NCBI GenBank assembly: GCA_000004695.1 | Contig: CM000150.2 | Span: 3,328,001-3,392,000 of the forward strand | DNA from: Dictyostelium discoideum | Lineage: Eukaryota | Direction of reading: 5' to 3' | DNA: 64,000 nt | Shown: in pieces, positions 33,680 to 51,645 of the stretch | How positions within the stretch are numbered: the stretch's first letter is position 1 | Layout: each line of letters starts with the position of its first letter | Notes under the pieces: generated by a model | Told to the model about the DNA's origin: nothing | Databases searched by the model: none | The model's input: only the letters and a program-made list of their open reading frames with translations | Made by a program: the position numbers and the translations under genes

Positions 33680-35770
33680 TTAAAATTTTAACTTTTTTTC
33701 AATGGAAGATTTATGATGAGAAGTTGGTAAATGAATGATTGGAGTTAATAATTGTAAAATTTTAGTTTTAACAGATTGTAATTGTTGTGTATCATTTGGT
33801 TTTTCTATTTTTAAAGTTTGGAATAAACGAAAATAATATTGAATTAAAGAGTTTGTAAATACTTGATCAGCAGATACTTTTGATGGATTTGAAATCATTG
33901 ATTGTTCTAAAGCATTGGTGATCTCTTTATAAACTATATGATCAGGCATACCTTTCATTAGATATTCGTTATTTGTATTGAGTAGATTGGTAGCGATTGA
34001 TTGATGACGTTGTTGCATAATGTTAATTAATAAATTAATTTTCTTAAAAGTTCTTTGATCATGTTGAGAAGTGAATACACTTGAAGAGTCGTCTGGGCAA
34101 TTGATTTGTTTATTATCACTATTACATTTTAAACAGTGATAATAAAATCCGGATTCTATACTATCATTACTTGGTATTTTAAAAGAGGTATTTGAGGATG
34201 ATAATTGATTTTTACAAGATAAACATGACTGATCGGTTAATTTTGATTGAAATTTACATTGCTGACATTGGCAAAAGAAGAAATACTGTTTTAATAGATG
34301 TTTTCTACGTTCGGAGCATTCTGTAGTGATGTCAGTGTATGAGGTTAATATTTCTTCACCTTTTTTAATGGGTCTTAGTGTACGGAATACCATCATACCT
34401 TGATCGTCATTATACCAAAACGCATTGGGCAGACATGAATGGTTTAGGTAGCTACCAGTGGGGAATATACCCAAACCATAGGTATGGCAATTCAACGGGT
34501 GTAGCATCTCATGACCATTTGATAATACAATTGAATAGATTTCAATGATTTCATCAATAGTTACACCACATTCATCAAAGAATTTCGGACCACGTAATTT
34601 ATTGAATATTGCAATCACACTTTGTGCCGATCTTTTAAATGCTTCCATTTGCTCAGGTTGTACTTTATCTAATGTTCTAGATAAGTTAATTAAATATTTA
34701 TAACTATCAAATATAAATGGATTTTGATGATTTAACCATTGTTTTGATTGATTTTCCTTTGAAAATGATTTGTTTTTCTTATCTTTTATAACATTTAATA
34801 AAACTCTAAACATGAATCTAAAATCACGAGTTTGTGAAGATGGATAATATTGTTTTAAAAAGTTTAGAATATCACATTCATCTTTATGATAATTAAGAGA
34901 ATATTCATCAACTGAACATTGAGGACAAAGTAAATGATTTTTACAATTTTTACATGTTTGATTGATTCTAATTGATTTATTAATTTTCTTAAAACAAAAA
35001 CCACAATTCTTTTCAATTTTATGATCTTCCAATACTGATGCGAATGGTGACACTCTTAATACCATAGTACCCTTTGGTAAATCTTCTGATGCCAATACAC
35101 ATCTACCAAATCCATCTCTCCATACTAATTCAATTGGAAATTGTTGAAATTGTTCAAAATCTTCTTTAATTCTATCTTGACTTTCTTTTTCCTCTTTTTC
35201 TAATTTTTTTAATTTTTTTTCAATTTCTTTTCTTTCATTTTCAATTATTTGTTTTAAAGATTTATCAATTATAACTTTACCATTATTATTATTATTATTA
35301 ATTGAATTTAATGCATCATTAATTGATTTAAATGATTCTTTAAAATTACACATATATTGATAACATAATGATTTCCTATAATGACATTTTGAATTATCTT
35401 TATCAATTTCAGTACCTTTATTTGCAAATTCTAACGCTTTATCAATTTCATAACCATTTATAAAACATAATGATAAATTTGAATAAATTATTGATACTAA
35501 TTTTTTTAATTCTATTTCATCATCTTTATTATTATTATTATTATTTTTTAATTTTTCAAAATTATCATTAAAACATTCAATTCCTAATGAATAATATGTA
35601 ACTGCTCTTTTATTTAAATTATCATTGGTTTTATCATATTTTGAAAATTCTTGATTTCCTAATTGTTTAAATTCTTCAATTTTTTTAAATAATTGTTTAA
35701 AATTTAAAATTTCATTATTGTTTTTATTATTATTATTATTATTATTATTGTGGTCTGGTATTGAAGACAT
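33680..35770 (-). CDS. SMYD-type SET + MYND zinc-finger protein (696 aa)
   Basis: SET N-region FPIELVWRDGFGRCVLASEDLPKGTMVLRVSPFASV. MYND finger CGFCFKKINKSIRINQTCKNCKNHLLCPQCSVDEYSLNYHKDEC. SET core and post-SET region NHSCLPNAFW..GEEILTSYTDITTECSERRKHLLKQYFFFCQCQQC. TPR-like N-terminus. Confidence 0.8.
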   Translation of the reverse strand: MSSIPDHNNNNNNNNKNNNEILNFKQLFKKIEEFKQLGNQEFSKYDKTNDNLNKRAVTYYSLGIECFNDNFEKLKNNNNNNKDDEIELKKLVSIIYSNLSLCFINGYEIDKALEFANKGTEIDKDNSKCHYRKSLCYQYMCNFKESFKSINDALNSINNNNNNGKVIIDKSLKQIIENERKEIEKKLKKLEKEEKESQDRIKEDFEQFQQFPIELVWRDGFGRCVLASEDLPKGTMVLRVSPFASVLEDHKIEKNCGFCFKKINKSIRINQTCKNCKNHLLCPQCSVDEYSLNYHKDECDILNFLKQYYPSSQTRDFRFMFRVLLNVIKDKKNKSFSKENQSKQWLNHQNPFIFDSYKYLINLSRTLDKVQPEQMEAFKRSAQSVIAIFNKLRGPKFFDECGVTIDEIIEIYSIVLSNGHEMLHPLNCHTYGLGIFPTGSYLNHSCLPNAFWYNDDQGMMVFRTLRPIKKGEEILTSYTDITTECSERRKHLLKQYFFFCQCQQCKFQSKLTDQSCLSCKNQLSSSNTSFKIPSNDSIESGFYYHCLKCNSDNKQINCPDDSSSVFTSQHDQRTFKKINLLINIMQQRHQSIATNLLNTNNEYLMKGMPDHIVYKEITNALEQSMISNPSKVSADQVFTNSLIQYYFRLFQTLKIEKPNDTQQLQSVKTKILQLLTPIIHLPTSHHKSSIEKKLKF

Positions 35771-35808
35771 TTTTTTATTTTTTTTTAATTAAATTAAATT
35801 AAAAAATG

Positions 35809-35840
<32 letters not shown>

Positions 35841-36044
35841 TTCGTTTTTTTTGTTTGTTTTTAGAAATCCTGGTAAAGTTTTTATTTATAATATTTTTAA
35901 TTTTTTATTTTTTAATTTTTTTTTTTTTTAAATTAAAAACTTTTTTTTAGTTTTTTTTTTTTTTTTATTTTCATTTTTTTAGTTTTTTTTATTTATTTAT
36001 TTAAAACGAACGAATTATTTTGTTTAATAATAGTAATAATAAAA

Positions 36045-36296
36045 ATGTCACTTTTATTCACAGATTCTTCAATTCAAGATACAGAAACAGAATTAACTCA
36101 CTTTGTTTTTCAATGGTTAGAAGAAAGAGGATTCACAGAGTCAATTAGATCTTTAGAATCTGAAACTCAAATTACACATAATAAACAAACTGTTAAACTT
36201 GGTGGCCAATTAGAATTTATTTATAATGAACATAAAGAATTACAAGAATCAATGAAAACTATTGAATCAATAGAAGATGAAGATACTGAAATTGTA

Positions 36297-36332
<36 letters not shown>

Positions 36333-37508
36333 TTATTTAATTATTTATTATTATTATTTTCAAAAATAAAAAATACCAAAAAATAAATAAAATAAAATAT
36401 TAATATATATATATATTTTTTTTTTATTTTGAAAAAAAAAATAGGGAATTCTTGGTGATGGTAAAATTCATAAACATTTAAATGATGTTTTAGATAATGT
36501 TCATAGTTCAAATATTTTATGTCTTAGATTTAGTCCAATTAAAGATAGTAATATTATAGTTACAGGTTCAACTGATAAAACATTAAAAATTACAAATTAT
36601 CTAACAAAAGAAGTTTTAAATTCATATACTGGTTTTGCTTCTGCACCATTCATTTCATTAGATTTTAATCCAGTAAATCCGTAAGTTTTAAAAAAAAAAA
36701 AAAAGAAAAAAAAAAAAAAAAACATTTTTACTAATTAATATTAAATAATAAATAAAAAAGTGAATTATTATTAGCATCATCAGTTGATGGTAGTCATTGT
36801 ATAATTAAAATTGATAAAGATGGTAATGGTGAATTAATTCAAAAATTTAATAGACATAAGAAATATGTTGTTAGAGTTAGATGGAGTCCAGATGGTAAGA
36901 TGTTTGCATCATGTTCATACGATAAATCAATATCATTATTTAAAGAGGATGAATCAAATCAAGGTCAATTTGAGTTTGTAAAGAGTTGGGATTTCGTAAC
37001 AACAGTTGAATCATTAATATTCACACCAGATTCAAAGTATGTGATTGCAGCAGTTAAAGAATCAAATTATCTTCATTATTTAGAAACCGAGGGTGATTTC
37101 TCAATTGAACGTTATAATATGAATGTGAATGGTGATGATCATGTCAGTTTCTCTGCAATGGAATTCTCAATTACACCAGATAAAAAATACCTTTTAGTTT
37201 CAACTGATCTCAATCGTTTGATTCTCTTTAAATTGAATTCAAATAAACAAATTCGTAATTTTTATGGAGCTTTCAATGATTCCTATACAACCACTAGAAA
37301 TGCAATTTGTCCATCTGGTAAATACGTATTTTCAACTTCTCAAGATAACTTAATCTATGTTTGGGAAATTGCAAATCAAAAAGTTATCGCAAAATTAGAT
37401 TCTCATCGTTCCTCAGTTCGTGAACTCACTTTTTCACCTGATAACCTTTTATTAGCTTCTTGTGGTTTCGATAAAAGAGTCACTCTTTGGTCAAATATTT
37501 CTGATTAA
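36045..37508 (+). CDS. LisH-motif WD40-repeat protein (about 411 aa, 3 exons)
   Basis: join(36045..36293, 36445..36680, 36761..37508). Both donors are GTAAGT. Acceptors are aaaatAG and aaaaaAG, and the phases match (..NPVNP|ELLLASSVDGSHC..). LisH-like N-terminus LTHFVFQWLEERGFTESIRSLE. WD repeats include TGSTDKTLKI, SCSYDKSISLF, STSQDNLIYVW and SCGFDKRVTLWS. Confidence 0.75.
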
Positions 37509-37691
37509 AAATAAAAAAAAAAACAATAAATTAAAACAACATTTTTTTAATTTTGTGTGTGTGTGTGTGAGTGCGTGGTTAAAAATTTTTTATTTTTTTA
37601 TTTTATTATTTACTCTATCAAAAGAATTAATTAATTGATGGGGGTGATAATGTGCGAATTATTATTATTTATTTATTTGTTTAATTAATAA

Positions 37692-38285
37692 TCTATAAAA
37701 AATTATATGAGATTAAATTTATGCAGTCCAAACTTTTAATGTTGTACTACCAATGTTGGTAACATTCAATCTGAAACCACCAAAACTTCTACTAAAGGAA
37801 GTTTCTCCATTAACATCATTATCTTCATCTGGTGATGCACTTTATTTCCAGAATAAAAAAAAATAATATAAAATAAAAAAATAATTAGAATGTTAGTTTT
37901 AAAGTACGAAACAAAGGGGGTGAGTTTTTTTTTTTTTTTTTTTTTTGTAAATTAAAAAAGTCGTACCCAGCTTGAAAACGAACTCTTCCATTTCCACCTC
38001 CTACAACTTGTACATGTACTGTTGTTGATCTTGGCCATGCCCTGTTAATAATAAAAAAAAAATAAAAAAAAAAAAGTTTAGAAAAAAGTAATAATAATTG
38101 TAAATTAACAGGAAAAAAGGACAATTCTAAAAAAAAAAATAATTACCAAGTTGGGATACCACCGTAATTTTTTCCTGGTTCAAGAGTCCATGGCTTATAT
38201 AATTCATAAAAAATACTATTAGTTAGTTTTTATTAATTTTTTATTTTTTATTTTTTTTTTTTTTTCACAAACATACTCCTGCCAT
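37692..38285 (-). CDS. Candidate unannotated small spliced gene (about 112 aa, 4 exons), function unknown
   Basis: join(38277..38285, 38147..38193, 37967..38041, 37692..37839). Exon 1 is 9 nt (ATGGCAGGA) with a GTATGT donor. GTAATT and GTACGA donors follow. Acceptors are tatataAG, attaacAG and ataaAG. The reading frame stays open across all junctions: MAG|PWTLEPGKNYGGIPTW|AWPRSTTVHVQVVGGGNGRVRFQAG|ASPDEDNDVNGETSFSRSFGGFRLNVTNIGSTTIKSLDCINLISYNFL. The ORF track shows only a 79-aa fragment. Confidence 0.3.
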
Positions 38286-38594
38286 TTTATGATTATATTA
38301 ATTATATATTAAAAAAAAATTTAAAAATAAATGTTTGTATAATGAAAATGAAAAATTAGTTTTGTTTTTTTTTTTTTTTTTTTCAATCTAATTAGATTAA
38401 TTTATACTCTTTTAAAAAAAATAAAAAATAAATTAAAGTAATTTGAATCAAAATTGAATTAAAAAATATACTAACTATTATTATTGTATTATAATAATAA
38501 TTATAATAAATATGTGTAGATGACAAATAAAAATGTATTCTGCATTAATCTAACCACCACACAATTATTAAATTGTAATTTACAAATCTTTTGG

Positions 38595-38642
<48 letters not shown>

Positions 38643-39193
38643 ATAATAATATTATTATATTTATATATTTATTTTTATTTTTATTTTTATTTTTACCCCC
38701 CAATTAAATAATTATTATTTATTTCATTTTTTTTAAAATTATTATAAAAAAATAAATATACGCAAATCATTATTTTTTTGAGTTATTATACCACCCCAAA
38801 TTATTGTATAACTTTATTTATTGTTATTATTATTATTTTAAGATCCCAAACTTAAATTTGTTGTTGAATAGAATGAAAAGTTTTTTGATCTTTATTTAAA
38901 TAATTAAAATACAATGTTTCCATTTCAGTAAATTAAGATAATATATTAAATTATAATGAATTGAAAAAAAAAAAATAACAAATAAATAAAAAATAAAAAT
39001 GAAAAAGAGAAATTGGGCAAAAAGAAGAAAAAAAAAATAAAAAGAAATAATAGTTATAATAATAATAATAATTTGCTAGATAAAAAATTAAAATTAAAAT
39101 AAAACTGACGTTTTAATATTAATTTATAGGTCAAAGTAATTGGAGACAATCTTATGGAATACAATAGTGTGTGATTGTCCTCTTAATAAATAA

Positions 39194-39231
<38 letters not shown>

Positions 39232-39371
39232 AGATCTTGTGTTTAAATAAATTAATATTTTCTATCATTATTAATTTTATTATTAAATTTTATTTATCAC
39301 AAATATTAAAAATTTAACAGTTGGAAAAAAAAAAACAAATAAAAAATAAAAAATAAATAAATAAAAATATT

Positions 39372-40669
39372 TTATTGTTCTAAAGATTGATTACTATTAT
39401 TTGATAGTTGTTTTGTATCAATTTTTAATAATGCTCTAATTGCTATTTTTTTTTTTTAAAAAAAAAAAATAAAAATAAAAAATAAAATAAAATAAAATTA
39501 AATGTTAAAAAAAAATGTACTTTTTTAAAAATAATGAATTAATTAAATAATTAATGTATACTTACGAGTTCTACAAATTGGACATTTTAATGAAACATTT
39601 CTCATAATTTCAGCACATTTACTACATAAACAAAAATGACGACAAGGAATTGCAAGAACTTCTTTTGGTTCGCTTAAACATGCAACACATTCATCGGAAA
39701 TCGAATCCAATCCAAAAATATCATGAACAAGATAAACTTTTTCATTAAACTAAATTTAATATTAATATTAAAAAAAAAAAAAAAAAAAAAGTAAATTAAT
39801 AAATATTGATATTAAAAAAAAAATTTCCTGTTTCACTTTCTCTTTTTTTTTGATTCTACTTACAAATGTTTTTTGTTTTAATGGTTTTAAAGCATATGTT
39901 GAATCATTACATTTTAAAAGTGTTAAAAATGTTAATTGTGCTCTTAAAATTGAATCATCAGGTATTGATGGTGATGTATTTTTAGTAATTTCGGTTGTTG
40001 GTGATGGTAGTGTTGTTTTTGAAGTTTGGTCAGTTGTCTTTGATAAATTTATTGTTACATTATTATCATTGTTATTATTATTACTGCTATTACCACTATT
40101 ATTAATATTTATTGATTCTATATAAGATTTCGTTTTTAAAGAAATTGTCATTGGAAATATTGCTTTTTCTAAATTACAATTTACTATTTCAGATTCATAA
40201 AAATCACCTAAACTTACACTAGTATCAAATGATGATAATACAAATGGTTGATCCAATCCTGAAGGAAATTCAAATGGTCCAAGATGTAATTTTGATGATA
40301 TTCTTTTAAATATATAAAAAAAAAATAAAAAAAATTAATTTTATTAAAATTCGAAAAATGATTTTGATGATTATTCTTTTAAATATTTATATGTATATAA
40401 AAGAGAAAAAGCTTACCTATCATTAATTTTGTTCTCATCTTCACTACAAACAAAATATATATCAACTATACATGGTTCTTCTGAATCAAAAGTAAAAGTT
40501 AAATCATATTCACCTGTTGATCTTTTGGCTGTTGTAGTTGTTGTCGTTGTCGTTGTTGTTGTGGTGGTGGTTGTAGTTGTTGTAGTTGTTGTATCAGTAG
40601 TAGTTGGTGATAAAGCAGTTGCACTATTTTCATCGCCACTACTACCACTATCACCATTATTATTAATAC

Positions 40670-40703
<34 letters not shown>

Positions 40704-40994
40704 TAATTGTTCTTCATTTTTATTATTCATTAGTTCAATTTCTATATTTTCAGTATCTAGCCTATGAAATTTTATTGATTCTTTATGTACATTTACAACA
40801 CTTTTTATTGTATTTGTTGTATAAATTTGAGGTATAATTGAGGATAATTGAATACCATCTCCAGGATTTGCACCTGTACCTTCACCTGCTTCTAAATCTA
40901 TTGTACCACCACCATTATTATTAGCTTCATTTAAACTTCTAATTATATTATTTAATCTATTTGTATCACTATTTACACTTAATGCTGATCCCAT
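39372..40994 (-). CDS. Mahogunin (MGRN1)-like C3HC4 RING E3 ubiquitin ligase, N-myristoylation consensus
   Basis: Four exons: join(40417..40994, 39864..40302, 39566..39749, 39372..39442). Donors GTAAGC, GTAAGT, GTAAGT. Acceptors tttaaaAG, aatttAG, aaaatAG. The N-terminus MGSALS starts with Met-Gly. The MGRN1 core reads DLTFTFDSEEPCIVDIYFVCSEDE. Downstream motifs are LEKAIFPMTISLKT and YALKPLKQKTF. RING finger ECVACLSEPKEVLAIPCRHFCLCSKCAEIMRNVSLKCPICRT|PIRALLKI, compared with MGRN1 CPICRLPFRALLQI. Confidence 0.8.
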
Positions 40995-41164
40995 TTTTTT
41001 TTATTTTTTTATTTTTTTTTTACATATAAAAAAAAAAAAAAACAAATTTATTTTATTTTTTTATTTTTTTTTATTTTTTTAATATAATATGTGAATATAA
41101 TATGTGACAAAACAATAGGAAGTATTTTTAAATAATAAAAAAAAAAAAAAAATTAAAAAAAAAT

Positions 41165-41210
<46 letters not shown>

Positions 41211-41353
41211 AAAAGCGACAGTAAGATGAAACAAAAACAAGAATTAACTGATTCGGTAGGTTTATCTTATTTTCCAAAAAAAAATTATTATTTTATTCTT
41301 TATTTATTTATTTCTTTCTTAATTTTATTTTATTTATTAATAACTTTTTTAGT

Positions 41354-41398
<45 letters not shown>

Positions 41399-41409
41399 CA
41401 TTTATTAAT

Positions 41410-41450
<41 letters not shown>

Positions 41451-41733
41451 TTAATTATAGAGATCTATTTAAGATAATTTTTAAAATTATAGAGTTTAGG
41501 AAATGTTTTCTAAGTATTTATAAATTTATTATTCTTATTTTTTTTTTTTTTTATAATAATAATATTAATTAGAATTTTTTTTTTTTTTTATAATAATAAA
41601 ATAATACTAATTAGTATTTTTTTTTTTAGACACGATTTATCAAAATATTAATAATAATTTTAAAAACATAATTTAGTTTTATTAATTTAAAAATAGTTTT
41701 CTTTATTTATTTATTTATTTAATTAATTTTTTT

Positions 41734-43095
41734 TTATTGACGTTTATCAGCTGGTAAAATTGTACCTTCACAATTACCAAAACCAATTTGATAACCATTA
41801 CCTTTACAAAGACCAGATAAGATAACAGAATCACCATCTTGAATGAATTTTCTTTCTTCATTTGTTTCAGTACCTAATGAGACCACTTTACTACCTTTCC
41901 AAGAGAGTTCCAACATTGAACCATAGCTATCTTCAGTTGGACCACTAATTGTACCAGTACCAAGTAAATCACCAGCATTCATATTACAACCATTTACAGT
42001 ATGATGAGCCAATTGTTGAGTGAGTGTCCAATACATGTATTTCAAATTTGAAGTTGAAACCTTATGAGGTTTTGACATTTTTGGAGATTTAATACTAACT
42101 GATAATTCAATATCAAAGGTAGTATTACCTTGTTCTTGAAGATATTTCATTGGTTGTGGATCTTGAGTTGGTGGTTTTGTAGCAAATGGTTGCAATGCCT
42201 CCATTGTAACAACCCATGGTGATATAGTTGAGCCGAAATTCTTTGCCAAGAATGGACCCAATGGAACGTATTCCCATTTTTGGATATCTCTTGCACTCCA
42301 ATCATTCAAAAGTACCAAACCAAAGATATGATCTTTTGCAGACTCAATTGAAATTGGTTCACCCAATTTGGTTGATTCTCCTCCAATCAAAGCGCCCATC
42401 TCCAATTCAAAATCCAATAATCTACATGGATTAAAAGTTGGTAATGAATCTGGTTCATCCGATTTAGTTTGACCCCATGGTCTTTTCAATGGTGTACCAC
42501 TTACGACTATTGATGATGATCTACCATGATAACCAACTGGTAAATGTACCCAATTTGGCATCAATGCATTCTCTTTACCTCTAAACATAATACCAACATT
42601 GGTTGCATGTTCTTTTGATGCATAGAAATCAGTATAATCTCCAATTCTTGCTGGTAATAACATTGTTACACTTGAAATTGAATGAAATATCTTTTCTCTA
42701 TACTCTTTATTATCTCTAATAGTTGATGTTTCTGATGATAATAAATTTTGAATGGTTTTTCTAGCTTCACTCCATAATTCTTTACCTAATGACATAAATG
42801 AATTTAAATTTTCCTAAAAATGAAAAAAAAAAAAAAATTGATTTTAATAATTTATTTATTTTTATTTTATTTTATTTATATATATACATACTTGATGAAA
42901 AACTTTAGTATCTTTTAATTTACCATCAAAAAGTTTTAAATCTGCTAAAACTGATAAATCACAAACGAAATCACCAATAGCAACACCAATTCTAGCTTGA
43001 TCATTTAGGGTTGGTTTAAAGACACCATATGGAAGATTTTGAATTGGAAAGTGTGAATCTTCACTAACTTCAATAAAACTTTTTAAAATTGACAT
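41734..43095 (-). CDS. fah: Fumarylacetoacetase (FAH, tyrosine catabolism)
   Basis: Two exons: join(42892..43095, 41734..42813). GTATGT donor, tttttAG acceptor, about 427 aa. It aligns end to end with human FAH. Matching segments include [97 protein letters not shown] and [19 protein letters not shown]. The in-frame upstream Met (MIKLFIIFSF..) is probably 5'UTR. Confidence 0.9.
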
Positions 43096-43520
43096 TTGTT
43101 GTTGTTGTTCTTGTTGTGGTTGTTTTGCTTGATGAATTATGACACTAAAAAATAAAAAAAAAAATGAAAAAATAATGAACAGCTTTATCATGCAAAATAA
43201 AAAAATTTTAAAAAAATTAAATTAAAATTTTTTAAATTTCGCAAACATGTTTTAAAAAAAAAAAAATTAAAAATAAATAAATAAAAAAATAAAAAAATAA
43301 AAAAATAAAAATAAAAACAAATAAAAATAAAAATGTATTTAATCTTTAGATTTTAAAAATTAAAGATAAAAATAAATACTTTTTCTCTTTTTTTCACATT
43401 TGAAAAAACCAATTAAATGATTATTATTACCTGTAAATGATTTTTCTTTTTTTCTTTTTTTTTTATATTATTTATTTATTTCCTTGGAAATTTATTTTAT
43501 TTTGTTTTGTTTTATTTTAT

Positions 43521-44496
43521 TTATAATTCACCAGAGTTTGAGATTTTAGCAATTTTACTTGGTGTTCCAGATTGGGAACCAATGGATTCAAGGAGTTTAA
43601 CAATATCCATACCTTCCTATTGATTTTCAATTTTTTAAAAAAAAAATGATGATCAGTATAGATTAAATAAAAATTATTAAAAAAAATTTAAAATTTGAAA
43701 AAACTTACAATAACTTCACCAAAAACAGTATGACGACCATCTAACCATGAAGTAACAACGGTAGTAATCTATTAAAAAAATTATTATATTATTAATAATT
43801 TGATGATTAGACTTGGTTTTTTTATTTTTTTTAAAAAAAAATTAATACATACAAAGAATTGTGAACCATTAGTGTTTGGACCAGCGTTAGCCATTGATAA
43901 AAGACCTGGTTTGGAGTGTTTAATTTTGAAGTTTTCATCATTGAATTTTTTACTAATATTAAAAATAAATAAATAGATAATTAGAATTTGTAATAATTTT
44001 AAAAATTGTTAATTATTATTATTATTATTATTATTATACATACCCATAAATTGATTCACCACCAGTACCATCACCTCTTGTGAAATCACCACCTTGAATC
44101 ATAAAGTTTGGAATGATACGATGGAATTTACTATCTTTATAATGTAATGGTTTACCACTGGTACCTAAACCTTTTTCACCAGTACATAATGCTCTAAAGT
44201 TTTCAACTGTTTTTGGTACTGTCTTTCCATATAAACCAAATACAATTCTACCTGCTGGTTTATTATCAATTTCTATATCAAAGAATACTTTATTGGTAAT
44301 CTTTGGGTCTTTCTGTAAAAATAAAAAAATTAAAAAATTAAAAAAAAAATGAATTATGTAAGAAAAAGTTAACTTTTTTTTTTATTTTTTTTTTTTTTTT
44401 ATTTTAGTTTTTATATTAAATACCTACACCAGCTTCTGATGGCATAGCCCATAATGTAACTAATACAATGGCTAAAACTACGAAAATAACTTTCAT
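43521..44496 (-). CDS. Cyclophilin-type peptidyl-prolyl cis-trans isomerase with signal peptide (cyclophilin B-like, about 197 aa)
   Basis: Five exons: join(44424..44496, 44044..44308, 43853..43952, 43709..43768, 43521..43616). Signal peptide [24 protein letters not shown]. Cyclophilin motifs [111 protein letters not shown] and [14 protein letters not shown]. Donors are GTATTT, GTATGT, GTATGT and GTAAGT. The ORF track missed this gene entirely because the exons are short. Confidence 0.85.
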
Positions 44497-44593
44497 TATG
44501 TTTTTATTAAAATTTGATTGTTCTCTTTGGGGATGAATCATTTATGAAACTAAAAAAAAAAAAAAAAAAACTATTGAATTGTCTAGAAATTCA

Positions 44594-44636
<43 letters not shown>

Positions 44637-44976
44637 TATTTTTAATTTTTTTTTTTTTTCAGGTTTAAAAATTAATTTTATTTTTTTAATTTTTTAAATT
44701 TTCAATTTTTTTTTTTTTTTTAAATTAATCAACTTCAAAATATCTATTTCTAATTGGAAACTTTAATTTATTTGTTATTTTATTTTATTTTTTTTTTAAT
44801 TAAAAAAAACTTTTTTTTTTTTTTTCACCACACATTTTTGGTTTAGTCCTATCTTTTTTTTTTTTTTTTTGTAAATAGTTTTGTTTTTTTTTTAAAAATA
44901 ATTTTTATATCCTTTTATATTATTTTTATTTTATAATTTTTTTTTTTTTTCATTTTATTTTATTTAATATTACTTT

Positions 44977-44978
<2 letters not shown>

Positions 44979-45031
<53 letters not shown>

Positions 45032-45040
45032 TTATTTATT
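44979..45040. repeat. (TTTA)n microsatellite (about 15 units) in the divergent intergenic region between the cyclophilin gene and the 45104 gene
   Basis: atttatttatttattt... is directly visible. Confidence 0.9.
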
Positions 45041-45103
45041 TACCATCAAAATTTTAAATCAAGTTTATAAAGAAAATAATAATAAATAAAATAAATAAAA
45101 AAA

Positions 45104-46984
<1,881 letters not shown>

Positions 46985-47036
46985 TAATTGTATTAATATT
47001 TTTGTAAATTCAAATCCAAAAAACAAAATAAAATCC

Positions 47037-47067
<31 letters not shown>

Positions 47068-47139
47068 AATAAAACATATCTTTAAAACATCATTTAATTT
47101 GATATAAAACTTTTTATTTTTTTTTTTAAAAAAAATCAA

Positions 47140-50478
<3,339 letters not shown>

Positions 50479-50514
50479 TTTTTTTTTTTTTTTTTTTTTT
50501 TCTTTTTTTTATTT

Positions 50515-50547
<33 letters not shown>

Positions 50548-50598
50548 AAAGAATTAAACTGTGGAAATAATAAAATAAATTTAATTTTGGTTAAAAAA

Positions 50599-50634
<36 letters not shown>

Positions 50635-51645
50635 AAAATAAAGGAATATTTTATAAAATTGAGCGGGAAAAAAACGAATTAATTTTTGTCTAAAGGCAGA
50701 GAATTATTTTTTTTTTTCTTTTTTTTTGTTTTTTTTTTTTTTTTTATTATTTAAATGTGAAAATAGTAAGTTATCATTACTATTTTTGTATTTTGTTTTC
50801 AGGTGACTAAAAATAAAAAAAATTATTTTTAATTATAAAATAATAAGAAAATGATTAAAAAGAAATAAAAATAAAAAATAAAATAAAAATAAAAACAAAA
50901 AAAAAAAAAATAACCAGAACAAATGAGATATTTGTTTTCTTTTTTTTTTTTTTTTTTTTTTTTATTAATTAATTAATTTACTCTAAATTTTTTTGTTTTT
51001 TCCTTTTTTTTTATTATTATTATTATTTTTTAATTTTTTTTTTTTTTTTTTACTGATATTTTCAAAAAAATTTCTTAATCGAAATTTGATTGTATTTTGG
51101 TTTTAATTATAACCCATTATAATAAAAATCTAATTATCTTTCGATATGCCCAAAAATTTTTTTATTTTTTTTTTTTTCAATTTTTTTTATTTTTTTTATT
51201 TTTTTTTTTATTTTTTATTTTTTTTTTCAAAAACTTTTTTTTTTTAAATTTTTTTAATTTTTTTTTTATATTTTTATAATCACCTGATTTCTGTTGTATT
51301 TTTAATCATTATTTATTTATTTATTTATTTCAACAAAAAAAGAATTCAGTTTTTTTTTTTTTTTTTTTAAATATCACATTATATAAAAAAATAAAAAAAA
51401 ACTATTTCATTTGTAATACAACACAAACAACACTTTTACCACCCAACAATATATTTATTGAAATTTTTTAAATAAATTTCAAAACTAAATTAAAAAAAAA
51501 AAAAAAACCACACCACAACGATAAAATATAATTATTCTAAAAGCGTTTAGATAATATATATTTAATACACCAAATATAAATAAAAATCAATTTGTAAATC
51601 AGCTTGATAAAACAACACCCACACATATATATATACATATATCAA

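Noticed and set aside
36045-36386. 113-aa ORF as a stand-alone protein
   Set aside because: Only the first 83 codons are exon 1 of the LisH-WD40 gene. The remainder (VSFFFFF...) is read-through into the intron after a GTAAGT donor at 36294.
39100-39200. Moderately GC-richer intergenic segment with an imperfect hairpin (ggagacaatc...gattgtcctc)
   Set aside because: The stem is imperfect, and there is no DUSE-like or TATA context. It is not distinguishable from chance without expression data.
42862-43191. N-terminal extension MIKLFIIFSFFFLFFSVIIHQAKQPQQEQQQQ in frame with FAH
   Set aside because: FAH is cytosolic, and the homologous alignment begins at MSILKSF (ATG 43095). The upstream in-frame Met lies in poly-T 5'UTR-like sequence, so it is probably not the start. 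I cannot exclude it completely.
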